Notes: generated from the sequence alone by a model not told the origin. Shown: positions 10,571 to 20,108, numbered from the stretch's first letter. The stretch is 64,000 bases of DNA from an uncultured Candidatus Rokubacteria bacterium (GCA_963762145.1 CAVXJS010000010.1:1-64000); one strand, 5' to 3'. Made by a program: numbers and translations.

Positions 10571-10665
10571 GGGTCGGGGGCTCGGGCGCGCAGGCGACAG
10601 CAGCATGGGCGGGGGTTATCATCGTCCACGGCCTGGTGAAGGATTACGACCTGGGGGTGTGACCC

Positions 10666-11667
10666 ATGTGCTTCATCGATACCAACGGGATGTCGAGACG
10701 GGGATTCCTCTCCGGAAGCCTGCTGGCGGGGGCAGCGGCGGCCGCGAGCGTGGGGCGATCCGTGTTGTTGCCGGGGACGGCCGAGGGCGCTGAAGCCGCG
10801 CCGGCCGGGGGCGGGCCCGGAACGGCCGGAGTGAGCTTCAAGTGGTTCGGCACCAACGGCTGGGAAATCACCTTCGGCAACAAGACGATCCTCGTCGACC
10901 CCTGGCTCAACCGCTTCGAGTCGGGCTTTCTCCAGAACAAGCTGGACCACGACCGGCTGCTCCCGACCGACACCGCGCTCATCGATCAGCACGTCAAGAA
11001 GGCGGACCAGATCCTGGTCGGGCACGGCCACTGGGACCACATGGCCGACGTCCCCTACATCGCCAAGAAGACCGGGGCGATGGTCATCGGCTCGGAGACC
11101 CACGCCAACGTGATGCGGGCGGCCGGCGTGCCCGAGGGCAAGATCGTGCAGGTCAAGGGCGGGGAGTACATGCAGTTCGACGGCTACACCATCGAGGTCT
11201 TCCCGAGCGTCCACTCGATGGGCGGCACCAAGAAGTATGCGGTGCCGGGCCACCTGGTGTCGGTGCCGGCGTCGCCGCCCACCAAGGTCGGCGATCTCCC
11301 GGAGGGCGATACTCTGATCTACGTGCTCCGGATCGGCGGGAAGTACACGATCTTCCTCATGAGCTCGGGCAACTACATCGAGCGGGCCATCGCGGGGCTC
11401 AAGCCGGACGTGGCCCTCATCGCGCCGCTCTTCTCCAACAACACCTTCGACTTCACCCCGCGGCTCGTGCGGGCGCTCAACTACCCGAAGCTGGTGCTGC
11501 CCACCCACTGGGACAACTTCGAGGCCCCGCTCTCCGGGACCCCGACCGACCTGCGCGCGATCTACGGCGACCCGGCCAATCTCGACCTGTGGGTGAAGGA
11601 GATGAAGAAGGTCACGCCCCGGACGAAGATCGTGACCATGCCGTACTTCGGCTCGTTCGCGCCCTGA
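10666..11667 (+). CDS. Tat-exported MBL-fold metallo-hydrolase
   Basis: SRRGFL leader, ILVDPW, GHGHWDH, SVHS, PTHWD. Confidence 0.9.
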   Translation: MCFIDTNGMSRRGFLSGSLLAGAAAAASVGRSVLLPGTAEGAEAAPAGGGPGTAGVSFKWFGTNGWEITFGNKTILVDPWLNRFESGFLQNKLDHDRLLPTDTALIDQHVKKADQILVGHGHWDHMADVPYIAKKTGAMVIGSETHANVMRAAGVPEGKIVQVKGGEYMQFDGYTIEVFPSVHSMGGTKKYAVPGHLVSVPASPPTKVGDLPEGDTLIYVLRIGGKYTIFLMSSGNYIERAIAGLKPDVALIAPLFSNNTFDFTPRLVRALNYPKLVLPTHWDNFEAPLSGTPTDLRAIYGDPANLDLWVKEMKKVTPRTKIVTMPYFGSFAP

Positions 11668-11708
11668 CGACGGCCGATCCGCCTGGCGTGCCGCCCCGGG
11701 GGGTCGCG

Positions 11709-12830
11709 ATGCGTCTGGCCGCCGCGTGCCTGATGGGATGGGCGGCGACCACCAACTACACCAACCACGCGGCGGTCATCCCGCTCCTGATGGCGGAGCT
11801 CGGGTTCGGTCCCGTCCAGGCCGGCCTGCTCTCCACCGCGTTCTTCGTCACCCTCGCGGTCGCGTGCGTCCCCGCGGGCATGCTGTGCGACCGCCTCGGG
11901 CCCACCGGCGTGGGCACCGCGGGGCTCGCCGCCGTCTTCGCGAGCAATCTCGCGCTGGGGTACGCGCGTGACTTTCCGGACCTCGTGCTCATCAAGGTGG
12001 TGGGCGGCCTCGGCTGCGGGCTGGCGTTCATCGCCGGGATGCGCTACGCGATGCTGGTGGTGCCCCCGGCCCGGATCCACCGGGCCCTCGGGCTCTACGG
12101 GGGGCTCGTCCAGCTCGGCGGCGGCACGTCGCTCTACCTGATCCCGCTCCTGGCCAGCCGTCTGGGCTGGCGCCCGGCGTTCGTGGTCTCGTCCGGGCTG
12201 ATCGCGCTGTCGACGGTGGCGTGGCTCGTGCTGGCCACGCGCATCCGGCCGTCACCGGCGGCCGCGCCGCTCACGGAGGCGGTGCGCAGCCTGAAGGTGT
12301 GGACCCTGGGGTTCGTGCACATCGCCACCTTCGGGCTGGCAGTGCTGGTCGGGATCTGGATCACCACTTTCCTGGTCCATGAGTTCGAGCTGTCGCTGGT
12401 GAGGGCGGGTGCCGCGGGCTCGGCGATTCTCGCGCTCGGGGTGCTCTCGCGTCCACTCGGGGGAATGCTGGTCGATCGAGGTGTCCTGGGAGCTCGCGCG
12501 GTCATGAAGCTCACCGTGCTGGCCGGCGCCATCGGTCTCCTGGCGCTCGCCTGGCCTGGCCGGCCGCTGATCGTGGCGGCCGCCGCCATCATCACGCTCG
12601 GCGTCGCGTTCAACGCCCCGTATGCCGCCGTCATGCAGACGACCGGGGCCCTCTTGCCGAGGGCGCCGGGGGCCGCGGTCGGCCTCGTCAGCAGCGTCGG
12701 CGTGCTGGGCGTCGCGGTCGGCGCCCCCGCGGTGGGTGCTCTCTTCGCCTCTACCGGCGGCTTCGCGCTGCCCTTCGGGGCGCTGGCCGCATTTTCCCTC
12801 CTGGCCTTCTGGGCGCTCGCCTCACTCTGA
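11709..12830 (+). CDS. MFS transporter
   Basis: About 12 hydrophobic segments; GMLCDRLG and GMLVDRG motif-A variants. Confidence 0.88.
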   Translation: MRLAAACLMGWAATTNYTNHAAVIPLLMAELGFGPVQAGLLSTAFFVTLAVACVPAGMLCDRLGPTGVGTAGLAAVFASNLALGYARDFPDLVLIKVVGGLGCGLAFIAGMRYAMLVVPPARIHRALGLYGGLVQLGGGTSLYLIPLLASRLGWRPAFVVSSGLIALSTVAWLVLATRIRPSPAAAPLTEAVRSLKVWTLGFVHIATFGLAVLVGIWITTFLVHEFELSLVRAGAAGSAILALGVLSRPLGGMLVDRGVLGARAVMKLTVLAGAIGLLALAWPGRPLIVAAAAIITLGVAFNAPYAAVMQTTGALLPRAPGAAVGLVSSVGVLGVAVGAPAVGALFASTGGFALPFGALAAFSLLAFWALASL

Positions 12831-12857
12831 TCCGAGCGAGTAGCCGGGAAGGAGGGT

Positions 12858-14289
12858 CTAGCCGGCCAGGAACGCCCGGGTGTGCTCGAGGAACTGGCCG
12901 AAGGCCGGCTCGGTCTCGAGGAATAGGTGGTTGCGCCCCGCCAGGGCCACGAAGCGAGCGCCCGGAATGCCGGCCGCCATGCGACGGCCGGCTTCGAAGG
13001 GGACGCGGGCGTCATCGCGCGCGTGCAGCACGAGCGTCGGCACGCTCACCCGCGGGAGCAGGGCGGTGACATCGGTCTCGCCGGCGGCCGTGAAGATCCG
13101 GGCCGCCGTGTCTCCCGAGACCGTGATGCGCTGCAGCTCGTTGAACCAGTCGGCCTGCTCCTTGGTCGCGCCGGGCATGAACTGCGAGGTGAACAGCTGA
13201 CGGAAGGCCGGATTCTCCTTGCCCCAGCCCAGGCGCATCAGCGTCAGCATGGCGGCGTCCTCTTCCTTCTGGGCCGCGCTGCGGGCGCGCTTGCTCCAGC
13301 CCACCGCGTAGCCGCCGTAGAGGATGAGATGCGACACCCGCTCGGGATGTCGCACCGCGTAGGCGATCGAGACCGCGCAGCCCTGGGAGATCCCGAGCAG
13401 CGCGAACCGCGTGAGGCCCGCGGCGTCGACCACCGCCTCCAGATCGCTCACGAAGGCGTCGAACGAGATCTCGTCGACGGTCCGGTCCGACAGCCCGTTG
13501 CCGCGGGCGTCGTAGCGGATCAAGCGTGTGGTCCTTCGCCAGCTCCCGATAGAGATGCCGCCAGATCGGGCTCTCGAGATCGAACTCCAGATGGGTCATC
13601 CAGTTGCCCGTCTTCATCAGCGGGCGGACCCTGACCGATCATCGAGTAGGCGAGCTGGACCCCGTCGGGCGCGGTGCAGAAGCGAATCTCCTGCTTCGGA
13701 GCTCGACGGCATTGGGGCCGGTCACGCCCGGTCCGGCGCCGCGATCCGCGGGCGCGATGGCGAAGACGTCCACCGGCCGCGCGATGTTCTTCAAGGTGCG
13801 CGGGCCGAGCGCCTGGAAATCCGCCTTGAGCGCGCGGCTCACCTGGTCGAACACCTGGCGCGAGATGCAGATGCCGCCGGGCTCCGCGATGCCCTCGAGC
13901 CGCGCCGCGACGTTGATGCCGTCACCGTAGATCCGGGTCTCGTCGTGGATGACGTCGCCCAGGTTGATGCCGATGCGGAACCGCATGCGGCGTGACTCCG
14001 GCACCGCCTCGTTGCGCGTCGCCATGATGGTCTGGATCTCGACCGCGCACTCGGTCGCGTTGATCACGCTGGGGAACTCGGCCAGGATGCCGTCGCCCGC
14101 GGTGTCGATGATACGGCCGCCGTAGCGGCCGACCAGCGGCAGGATCACCGCCTGATGCCCCTTGAGGTCGTGGACCGTCGCGGGCTCGTCCTCGCCCATG
14201 AGACGGCTGTAGCCGGCGATGTCGGCGGCCAGAATGGCGGCGAGCCGGCGCTTGATCGAGGGGGAGCGGGGGTCGTTCGTGTCTGTCAT
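12858..14289 (-). CDS. Class III nucleotide cyclase fused to an alpha/beta hydrolase (indels near 13700 and 13520)
   Basis: AILAADIAGYS, DTAGDG, FRIGINLGD, YGDGINVAARLE. Then QEIRFCTAPDG...NWMTHLE...YDARGNG...GISQG...GRNH across three frames. Confidence 0.85.
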
Positions 14290-14367
14290 CGTGCTTCTCC
14301 GGAGCGCGTGCCCGGATTGTGGCATATCGGGCCAATCACCGCGAGTGGGCGCCTGCGAGGGGACGGG

Positions 14368-15309
14368 CTAGGCGGCCGGGGGCGTCTGCCTCGCGGTCGT
14401 GCTGGTCTCGAACGTGTAGAGGAAGTTCGTGAAGCCGACGTCGTAGTCGGAGATGCCGGTCTGCCCGGTCATCCGCATGCGCGTGTCGTAGACGTGGCGC
14501 ATCCCGCCTTCGACCTGCCGCCCGACCGCGGTCGAGGGCGGGCCGAGCTCGCCCAGCACCCGACCCAGCTCGGGCCGGAGCGCCGCGGCCGCCGCGAGCC
14601 GCTCGAACGCTCCTCGCTCCTTCCCCGCGAGCACCCGCAGGTGGCGGTAGAACCGCTCGAGCCGCGCGGCCTGCCGGAGGACCGGCTCCCCGGAGGTCAC
14701 CAGCGCGAGATAGGCGAGCGCCTGCGCGTGCAGCTCCTTCCAGTAGCCCTTGCGGTGGCTGAATTCGTGGGCCAGGACGTGCGGCTCGAGGGGCCCGGTG
14801 TCCTTGAAGATCGCGACGTCGCCCGACAGCGCGTCGCAGGCCCCGAGGGCGAACGGGAACGCGAGCTTCGACAGCGCGAAGCCGCGCACCTCGGTGCTCG
14901 TTCTCACGTGCTGTCCGGTGATGCTCGCGATGTAGCGGGTGAGGTGCCGATCGACCGCGACCGCCAGCTCGCGGCGCGGACGCCGCTGAGGCACGAAGTC
15001 CTCGTTCAAGCGCTCGGCGAGGATCCGGACTTCCGCTTCGCGCACCTCGCGCGGCATCGGCACCAGGTGGCGCAGATCCGCGCCGAACTCCCGGCGGAAG
15101 TCGATTCGCCGGATTCCCCGGCGGTCGTGCCAGTCGCGGAGCGCGTGTCCGAGGTACACGCCGAGCAGCGCGCCCTGCACCACGCGCCCGAGCGGGGTGA
15201 CCCCGAGCAGGGCGCGGACCACCAGGGGCGCTCCGACCACGAGATCGATCGGCGCCACTGGCCAGTACGTCGCCCGGTTCGAGATCCGGATTTCGTCCGG
15301 CGTGCTCAT
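14368..15309 (-). CDS. Putative zinc metallopeptidase-like membrane protein (DUF3810-like)
   Basis: N-terminal hydrophobic segments; HEFSH (HExxH) followed by GYWKE. Confidence 0.65.
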   Translation of the reverse strand: MSTPDEIRISNRATYWPVAPIDLVVGAPLVVRALLGVTPLGRVVQGALLGVYLGHALRDWHDRRGIRRIDFRREFGADLRHLVPMPREVREAEVRILAERLNEDFVPQRRPRRELAVAVDRHLTRYIASITGQHVRTSTEVRGFALSKLAFPFALGACDALSGDVAIFKDTGPLEPHVLAHEFSHRKGYWKELHAQALAYLALVTSGEPVLRQAARLERFYRHLRVLAGKERGAFERLAAAAALRPELGRVLGELGPPSTAVGRQVEGGMRHVYDTRMRMTGQTGISDYDVGFTNFLYTFETSTTARQTPPAA

Positions 15310-15410
15310 CGCCGGCTAGTGTCGCACGCTCCCCGTCGGAATGACCCGGTAGTAGTTTCCGGCGGGTGTCGTGATGCGCCGCAATCTACTGTTTCGCAAG
15401 CCTATCCGGG

Positions 15411-15426
15411 TGGCACGGGGGATGCT
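15411..15426 (+). promoter_or_regulatory. Sigma-54 (-24/-12) promoter
   Basis: TGGCACGGGGGATGCT, GG-N10-GC, 45 nt upstream of a small ORF. Confidence 0.7.
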
Positions 15427-15471
15427 TTTTCGGAAGCAGCAAGACGTGCAATCGACCGCGAGGAGGGCTCC

Positions 15472-15546
15472 ATGAACAACATCTTCTACATCATCGGTGT
15501 CGTGGTGGTCGTGCTGTTCATTCTGGGATACCTGGGGTTCCGCTGA
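15472..15546 (+). CDS. 24-aa single-TM small protein MNNIFYIIGVVVVVLFILGYLGFR
   Basis: Strong AGGAGG RBS, pure TM helix, GC-rich third codon positions, own sigma-54 motif. Confidence 0.75.
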   Translation: MNNIFYIIGVVVVVLFILGYLGFR

Positions 15547-15603
15547 GCCGCCTGGACCAAGGTCCAATAGGGGGTCCGCCGGGGCGAGCCCTAGACTGGA
15601 AGC

Positions 15604-15768
15604 ATGCCTACGATGAAGTGCGAGACGTGCCGCAAGGACCTGGGTATGGACGTGCAGCGGTTCTGCGGCGATGACTGCCGCGGGCAGTTCGTGGAGGGTC
15701 TCAGAAGGGGCACCCCGAGCCATACGGGCCGGACGGTCTCGCGGAGGCGTCGCCGGCGCGGGCGCTGA
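15604..15768 (+). CDS. 54-aa treble-clef-like Zn-finger protein with Arg-rich tail (not in ORF track)
   Basis: MPTMKCETCRKDLGMDVQRFCGDDCR...SRRRRRRGR; CxxC and FCxxxC pattern; TAGACT 6 nt before the ATG. Confidence 0.5.
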   Translation: MPTMKCETCRKDLGMDVQRFCGDDCRGQFVEGLRRGTPSHTGRTVSRRRRRRGR

Positions 15769-15778
15769 ACATCGCGCC

Positions 15779-17014
15779 TCACGGTCGGCGGCGGTCCGCG
15801 CAGATCGTCCCGCCCTTGTAGACCAGCTCGACGCGTGCCGGATCCAGCAGCACGCTGATGTCGTCGAGCGGGTTGCCGTTGACGACCACCAGGTCGGCCA
15901 GCCGGCCCTTCTCGATCGTGCCGACCTCGCGCTCGAGCCCCAGGCACCGGGCCGCCCACTGGGTGGCCGCGCGCAGGGCCTGCATCGGTGACAGGCCCGC
16001 CTCCACCAGGTGCCGGAGCTCGAGCGCGTTCTTCGGGTGGCCGTGGCCGCCCGCGTCGGTGCCCGCCGCGATCGGCACGCCCAGCTCGAGCGCCCGGCGC
16101 ACGCTGGCGACGTGATGCGGGTAGAGCGCGAGGGCGCGCGCCCGCACGTGCGGGGACGGGCTCTCGCGGTGGTACACGTACACCGTGAGCGTGGGTACGA
16201 AGAAGGTGCCCTGCACGGCCATCTGCTGGAGCAGCGTCGGATCCTCGTCCAGGTAGCAGCCGTGCTCGATCGTATCGACGCCCGCCTCGAGCGCGGTCCG
16301 CAGCCCGGGCCCGCCGAGGGCGTGGCACATCACGCGCCGGCCGAGCGCGTGCGACTCCGCCACTAGCGCCTCCATCTCGCCCAGCGTGAAGGCGGCGTCG
16401 AGCGGCCCGTGCCCCGGCCGCGAGCTGGCCCCGCCGGTGGTCGCGGTCTTGATCACGTCGGCGCCGGCGCGGACCATGGTGCGAACCACGTCGCGCACCG
16501 CGTCCGGCCCGTTGGCCACGCTCTCGGGCAGCAGGGGATCGTAGGCGGCGCAGCAGTCGTGGCCCGAGGGGCTCACGCGATCGCCGATGCCGCCGGTCGG
16601 CGAGATGATCTGCACCGCGAGCACCAGCCGCGGCCCCGGGATCAGCCCCTGCTCGATCGCGAGCTTGAAGCCGGCGTCGAGCCCGCCGCTGTCGCGCACG
16701 GTGGTGTAGCCCATCGCGAGGGTCTCCGCGAGCACGCGGGCGGTGCGGAGATGCGCGGTGCTCGCGGGCTCGTCGAGGCCCCAGCGCGTGGCCAGGCCGT
16801 AGCCGTGCGAGGCCAGGTGGTCGTGCGCGTCGATCAGGCCGGGGATCACGGTGCGGCCGCGCGCCTCGACGAGCGCGGCGTCCGCGGGCCAGGCGAGCGA
16901 TGCGCGGGGACCGGCGGCGGAGATGCGCTCGCCGTCCATGACCACCGCCGCATCCGGCACCGGCGGCGCGCCGGTGCCGTCCACCAGGGTGACGCCGGTG
17001 AGGACGCGGATCAT
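15779..17014 (-). CDS. Metal-dependent amidohydrolase
   Basis: VIPGLIDAHDH, GYTTVRD, MCHA, TIEHG, AGTDAG, GRLADLVVVNGNP. Confidence 0.93.
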   Translation of the reverse strand: MIRVLTGVTLVDGTGAPPVPDAAVVMDGERISAAGPRASLAWPADAALVEARGRTVIPGLIDAHDHLASHGYGLATRWGLDEPASTAHLRTARVLAETLAMGYTTVRDSGGLDAGFKLAIEQGLIPGPRLVLAVQIISPTGGIGDRVSPSGHDCCAAYDPLLPESVANGPDAVRDVVRTMVRAGADVIKTATTGGASSRPGHGPLDAAFTLGEMEALVAESHALGRRVMCHALGGPGLRTALEAGVDTIEHGCYLDEDPTLLQQMAVQGTFFVPTLTVYVYHRESPSPHVRARALALYPHHVASVRRALELGVPIAAGTDAGGHGHPKNALELRHLVEAGLSPMQALRAATQWAARCLGLEREVGTIEKGRLADLVVVNGNPLDDISVLLDPARVELVYKGGTICADRRRP

Positions 17015-17030
17015 CGAGCGGGCGCGCGGC

Positions 17031-18110
17031 TCAGTCCGCGACGGGCGCGGCGATCGCCTCCGCCTGCGCGCGCGTCACGCCCATCACCGCGCCCGCGGCC
17101 ACCAGCTCCTCCCACGTGGTCGCGTCCAGCGGGATGCCCGCCCGCTGCCGTGACTCGCGCGAGAGCCGCTCGGGATCGCCCGGCACCAGCACCGGGCTGG
17201 CCGGATCACTCGGGGGCGAGCCCTTCACGTAGCCGACGAAGCCGTCGACCTCGCGCCGCATCCAGTCCACGCCGGCCAGCCGCGCGGGATCCACGAGCAC
17301 GCTGAACATGTTGTTGATCGTGCCCCCGTGGCGCGGGTTCTCGGGCTGCAGCGTGCCGCCGCCCGACATCGCCCCGGCCAGCAGCTCGGTCATCACCGCC
17401 AGCGCGAATCCCTTGTGCGCGCCGAACGGCAGCAGCGAGCCGCGCGGGTCCCGGAACATCACCTCGGGATCGTTGGTGGGCGCGCCCTGCGCGTCGATCA
17501 GGTTGCCGTCGGGCAGCGTCTTGCCCGCCCGCTTCGCGACCGCCACCTTGCCCATCGCCACGCCGCTGGTGGCCATGTCGAGCAGGAGCGGCGGCTGGGT
17601 GGCGGTGCCGGGCATGCCGATGCAGACCGGGTTGGTCGAGAAGCGCGCGTCGCTCCCTCGAAAAGGCGCCACCAGCCCCACGTGGTCCACCACGTTGACG
17701 AAGTGGAGCGAGACGAGACCCGCCGCGGTGGCCAGCTCGCCGTAGGCGCCGACCCGCCCGACGTGGTGCGAGTTCGCGAGGGTCGCCACCGCCACCCCCG
17801 TCTCCCGGACGCGCGCGATCGCCGCGGCCATCGCCTCGCCGGCCACCCGGCGCCCGAACCCGCGCTGGCCGTCGAACATGAGAAAGGCGCCGTCGTCCTT
17901 CACGACCTTCGCGGAGGTGTTGGGAACGACGAGGCCCTCCGTGAGGTGCCGCACGTAGTGCGGGATCAGGCCGACGCCGTGGCTGTCGTGGCCGGCGAGA
18001 TTGGCGTCGACGAGGTGCGCGGCCACCAGGTCGGCCTCGGGGACCTCGCTGCCGCCGCGGGCGAGGATGGTGGCGGTGAGTTGCCGGAGCCGGTCGGGGG
18101 CGACGCGCAT
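17031..18110 (-). CDS. Malate/L-lactate/ureidoglycolate dehydrogenase family (Ldh_2; HcxB/YbiC-like)
   Basis: ANLAGHDSHG, NSHHVGR, STNP, LLDMATS, FGAHKG, VPGDPE. Confidence 0.92.
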   Translation of the reverse strand: MRVAPDRLRQLTATILARGGSEVPEADLVAAHLVDANLAGHDSHGVGLIPHYVRHLTEGLVVPNTSAKVVKDDGAFLMFDGQRGFGRRVAGEAMAAAIARVRETGVAVATLANSHHVGRVGAYGELATAAGLVSLHFVNVVDHVGLVAPFRGSDARFSTNPVCIGMPGTATQPPLLLDMATSGVAMGKVAVAKRAGKTLPDGNLIDAQGAPTNDPEVMFRDPRGSLLPFGAHKGFALAVMTELLAGAMSGGGTLQPENPRHGGTINNMFSVLVDPARLAGVDWMRREVDGFVGYVKGSPPSDPASPVLVPGDPERLSRESRQRAGIPLDATTWEELVAAGAVMGVTRAQAEAIAAPVAD

Positions 18111-18137
18111 CGGGATCTCCGGCGAGCGCGCTCCGGG

Positions 18138-18944
18138 CTATCCGATCGTCCGGACGAGGACGTTCTGCTCCGGGGCCGGGAACCCGGCCTCGCCGAAGGT
18201 CTCCCGGATCACGCGGTTCGTGTCGAAGTAGACCTGCCAGTAATGCAGGTTGTCACAGTACGGCCGCACCGCCAGCACCGGCCCCAGGGGCGTGAAGGTG
18301 AGAATCTCCACGTCCGGCTTCGGCTCGGCCTTGACGTTGGGAATCCGGGCGAGGCGCTCGCGGAGCAGCCGGGTGGCCGCCGCGGTATCCACGGTGTTGT
18401 GGAGCTGCGCGACGAGATCGACCCGCCGGTACGGGTTGCCCGAGAAGTTCTGGATGTTGTCCGAGAAGAGCTTGTTGTTGCCGACGAACGTGCGGACGTT
18501 GTCGAGCGTGTTCACGGTGGTCACGAACAGGCCGATCTCCTCGACGGTGCCGGTGACGCCGGCCACGCCGATGAAGTCTCCGACCCTGAACGGCCGGAGG
18601 ATCAGCAGGAAGATGCCGGCCGCCAGGTTCGCGAGCAGTCCGCTCCACGCCGCGCCGATGGCGAGGCCGACGCCCGCCATCAGGGCCGCGAAGCTGGTGG
18701 TCTCGATGCCGAAGAAGCCGAGGATGGCGACGATCAGGACGATGTTGAGCAGCACCTTCACCGTCGTTCCGATGTAGGCCGCCACCGTCTGGTCGAAGGG
18801 GTACTTCAGCGTGCGTACCAGCAGGACGACCGCGAACTGGATCAGGCGACGGCCGATGATCCACAGGGCGAGCGCGCCGATCACCCGGAGGACGAAGTAC
18901 AGCAGGATGGGCAGGGCGTTCTGGATCAGAGCCTGGACGTCCAT
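18138..18944 (-). CDS. mscS: Small-conductance mechanosensitive channel
   Basis: Three TM segments; NLAAG...RPFRVGDFI...GTVEEIGLF...NFS. Confidence 0.9.
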   Translation of the reverse strand: MDVQALIQNALPILLYFVLRVIGALALWIIGRRLIQFAVVLLVRTLKYPFDQTVAAYIGTTVKVLLNIVLIVAILGFFGIETTSFAALMAGVGLAIGAAWSGLLANLAAGIFLLILRPFRVGDFIGVAGVTGTVEEIGLFVTTVNTLDNVRTFVGNNKLFSDNIQNFSGNPYRRVDLVAQLHNTVDTAAATRLLRERLARIPNVKAEPKPDVEILTFTPLGPVLAVRPYCDNLHYWQVYFDTNRVIRETFGEAGFPAPEQNVLVRTIG

Positions 18945-19120
18945 GGCGGGAACCTTGACCCAGGGCCTCCTCCAAGTCAAGGGCGCGGCCCCGGGGGGCC
19001 TCGTTCCGTGCTAGAGTTCGTTCTGCCTCCCGCGGGCTCTCCTGGTTCGACGCGCCCGGCGTTGCGATCCCGTGGTATCTGGTCTTGCACTCCCTCTCAC
19101 GGTCGGGACAGGGGATTGCC

Positions 19121-19315
19121 ATGGCGGGCGGCGTGATCGTCGGCGTCCTCCGGGAGCGCCACCAGGACCACATCGTCCTCGTGGACGGCACCAAGATCTT
19201 TCTCACCAGCAAGCAGACTGCGGGCGGGATCAGCCCCGGGGCCAGCTTGACGGTCGCGTACACCGCGAAGCGGGACGGCCGGAAAGTCGCGGACAACATC
19301 TGGAGTGGGAGCTGA
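19121..19315 (+). CDS. 64-aa hypothetical protein, OB-fold-like (DUF1344-like)
   Basis: IVLVDGTK...ISPGASLTVAY...GRKVA beta-strand pattern; RBS GGGGA. Confidence 0.6.
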   Translation: MAGGVIVGVLRERHQDHIVLVDGTKIFLTSKQTAGGISPGASLTVAYTAKRDGRKVADNIWSGS

Positions 19316-19333
19316 CTCGAAAGGGGAGACCGC

Positions 19334-19489
19334 ATGTTCAAATCGAACTTCCTGATCGCCTTCGTCGTGCTGCTCGTCCTGTGGGCCCTCGACCTCTTCG
19401 TCCTCCACATGGCGGGGGGCCTGATCCACGTGCTCCTGGTCGTGGGCGTCATCATGCTGCTCGTCCACTTCCTGCGCGGCCGACCCTAA
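19334..19489 (+). CDS. 51-aa lmo0937/DUF5670-like two-TM membrane protein (not in ORF track)
   Basis: MFKSNFLIAFVVLLVLWALDLFVLHMAGGLIHVLLVVGVIMLLVHFLRGRP with the LW and GGLIHxLLV motifs; RBS GGGGAG. Confidence 0.8.
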   Translation: MFKSNFLIAFVVLLVLWALDLFVLHMAGGLIHVLLVVGVIMLLVHFLRGRP

Positions 19490-19509
19490 GGCGCGCGCGC
19501 TCCCCGGCC

Positions 19510-19719
19510 ATGTCTTTTGCCTGCAAGAGCGAGCGGCGCTGCGAGCACGAGCTGAAGGAGTGCTCGACGGTGCGCGGCGAGTACTGCCTCATCTGCCATC
19601 ACAACTCCTCGCTCGCGACTCCCGCGCGCCGCTCGACGCTGCAGGGCCCGCGGAAGGACAAGGCCGGCCTGTCCTCGATCCTTCGGGAGATCAGGGAGCG
19701 GCGCAAGCGGAAGGCGTGA
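19510..19719 (+). CDS. 69-aa Cys/His-rich, basic hypothetical protein
   Basis: MSFACKSERRCEHELKEC...YCLICHH...RERRKRKA; GC-rich third positions. Confidence 0.55.
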   Translation: MSFACKSERRCEHELKECSTVRGEYCLICHHNSSLATPARRSTLQGPRKDKAGLSSILREIRERRKRKA

Positions 19720-19739
19720 GGCGGGGCCCGGCGGCCGCG

Positions 19740-19970
19740 TCAGCTTCGCTCGCCACCCCACTCGCGTCGGAGACGCTCCCGGCTGTAGCCGGCCTGCTCG
19801 AGCTGCTTCATCACCAGCGACACGCTCGTGGCGCTGAGCGTCTGCGGTCCGTGGCCCAGGACCACGACGTGATGGCCGTGCAGGGTGAAGTGCTTGTGGC
19901 CGTCGGCGCGCTTCACCCGGACCGCTCCTTCCCGGAGCAGCCATCGCTCGAGCTCTCGGCGCGTGATCAC
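19740..19970 (-). CDS. HicA-like (dsRBD-fold) toxin homolog, orphan
   Basis: ELERWL..EG..RVK..DGHKHF....VVVLGH...L...SV..VMKQL matches the HicA helix-sheet-helix pattern; purine-rich RBS. Confidence 0.6.
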   Translation of the reverse strand: MITRRELERWLLREGAVRVKRADGHKHFTLHGHHVVVLGHGPQTLSATSVSLVMKQLEQAGYSRERLRREWGGERS

Positions 19971-20108
19971 GTCCGGTTCCCCTCTCCTTCCAAGGATACA
20001 GGGGACTGTGATACCACGGCCTCATGAGGCCGGGTCGCGGGACCCCCGCGCTGTTGGTGGGATCATGGCGTCGGTGGGCATCGCCTCGGCGGCCAATCCA
20101 CGACGGCA

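Noticed and set aside
19073-19089. Sixth sigma-54 motif TGGTATCTGGTCTTGCA
   Set aside because: The GG-GC spacing is 11, not the required 10 (unless an indel error).
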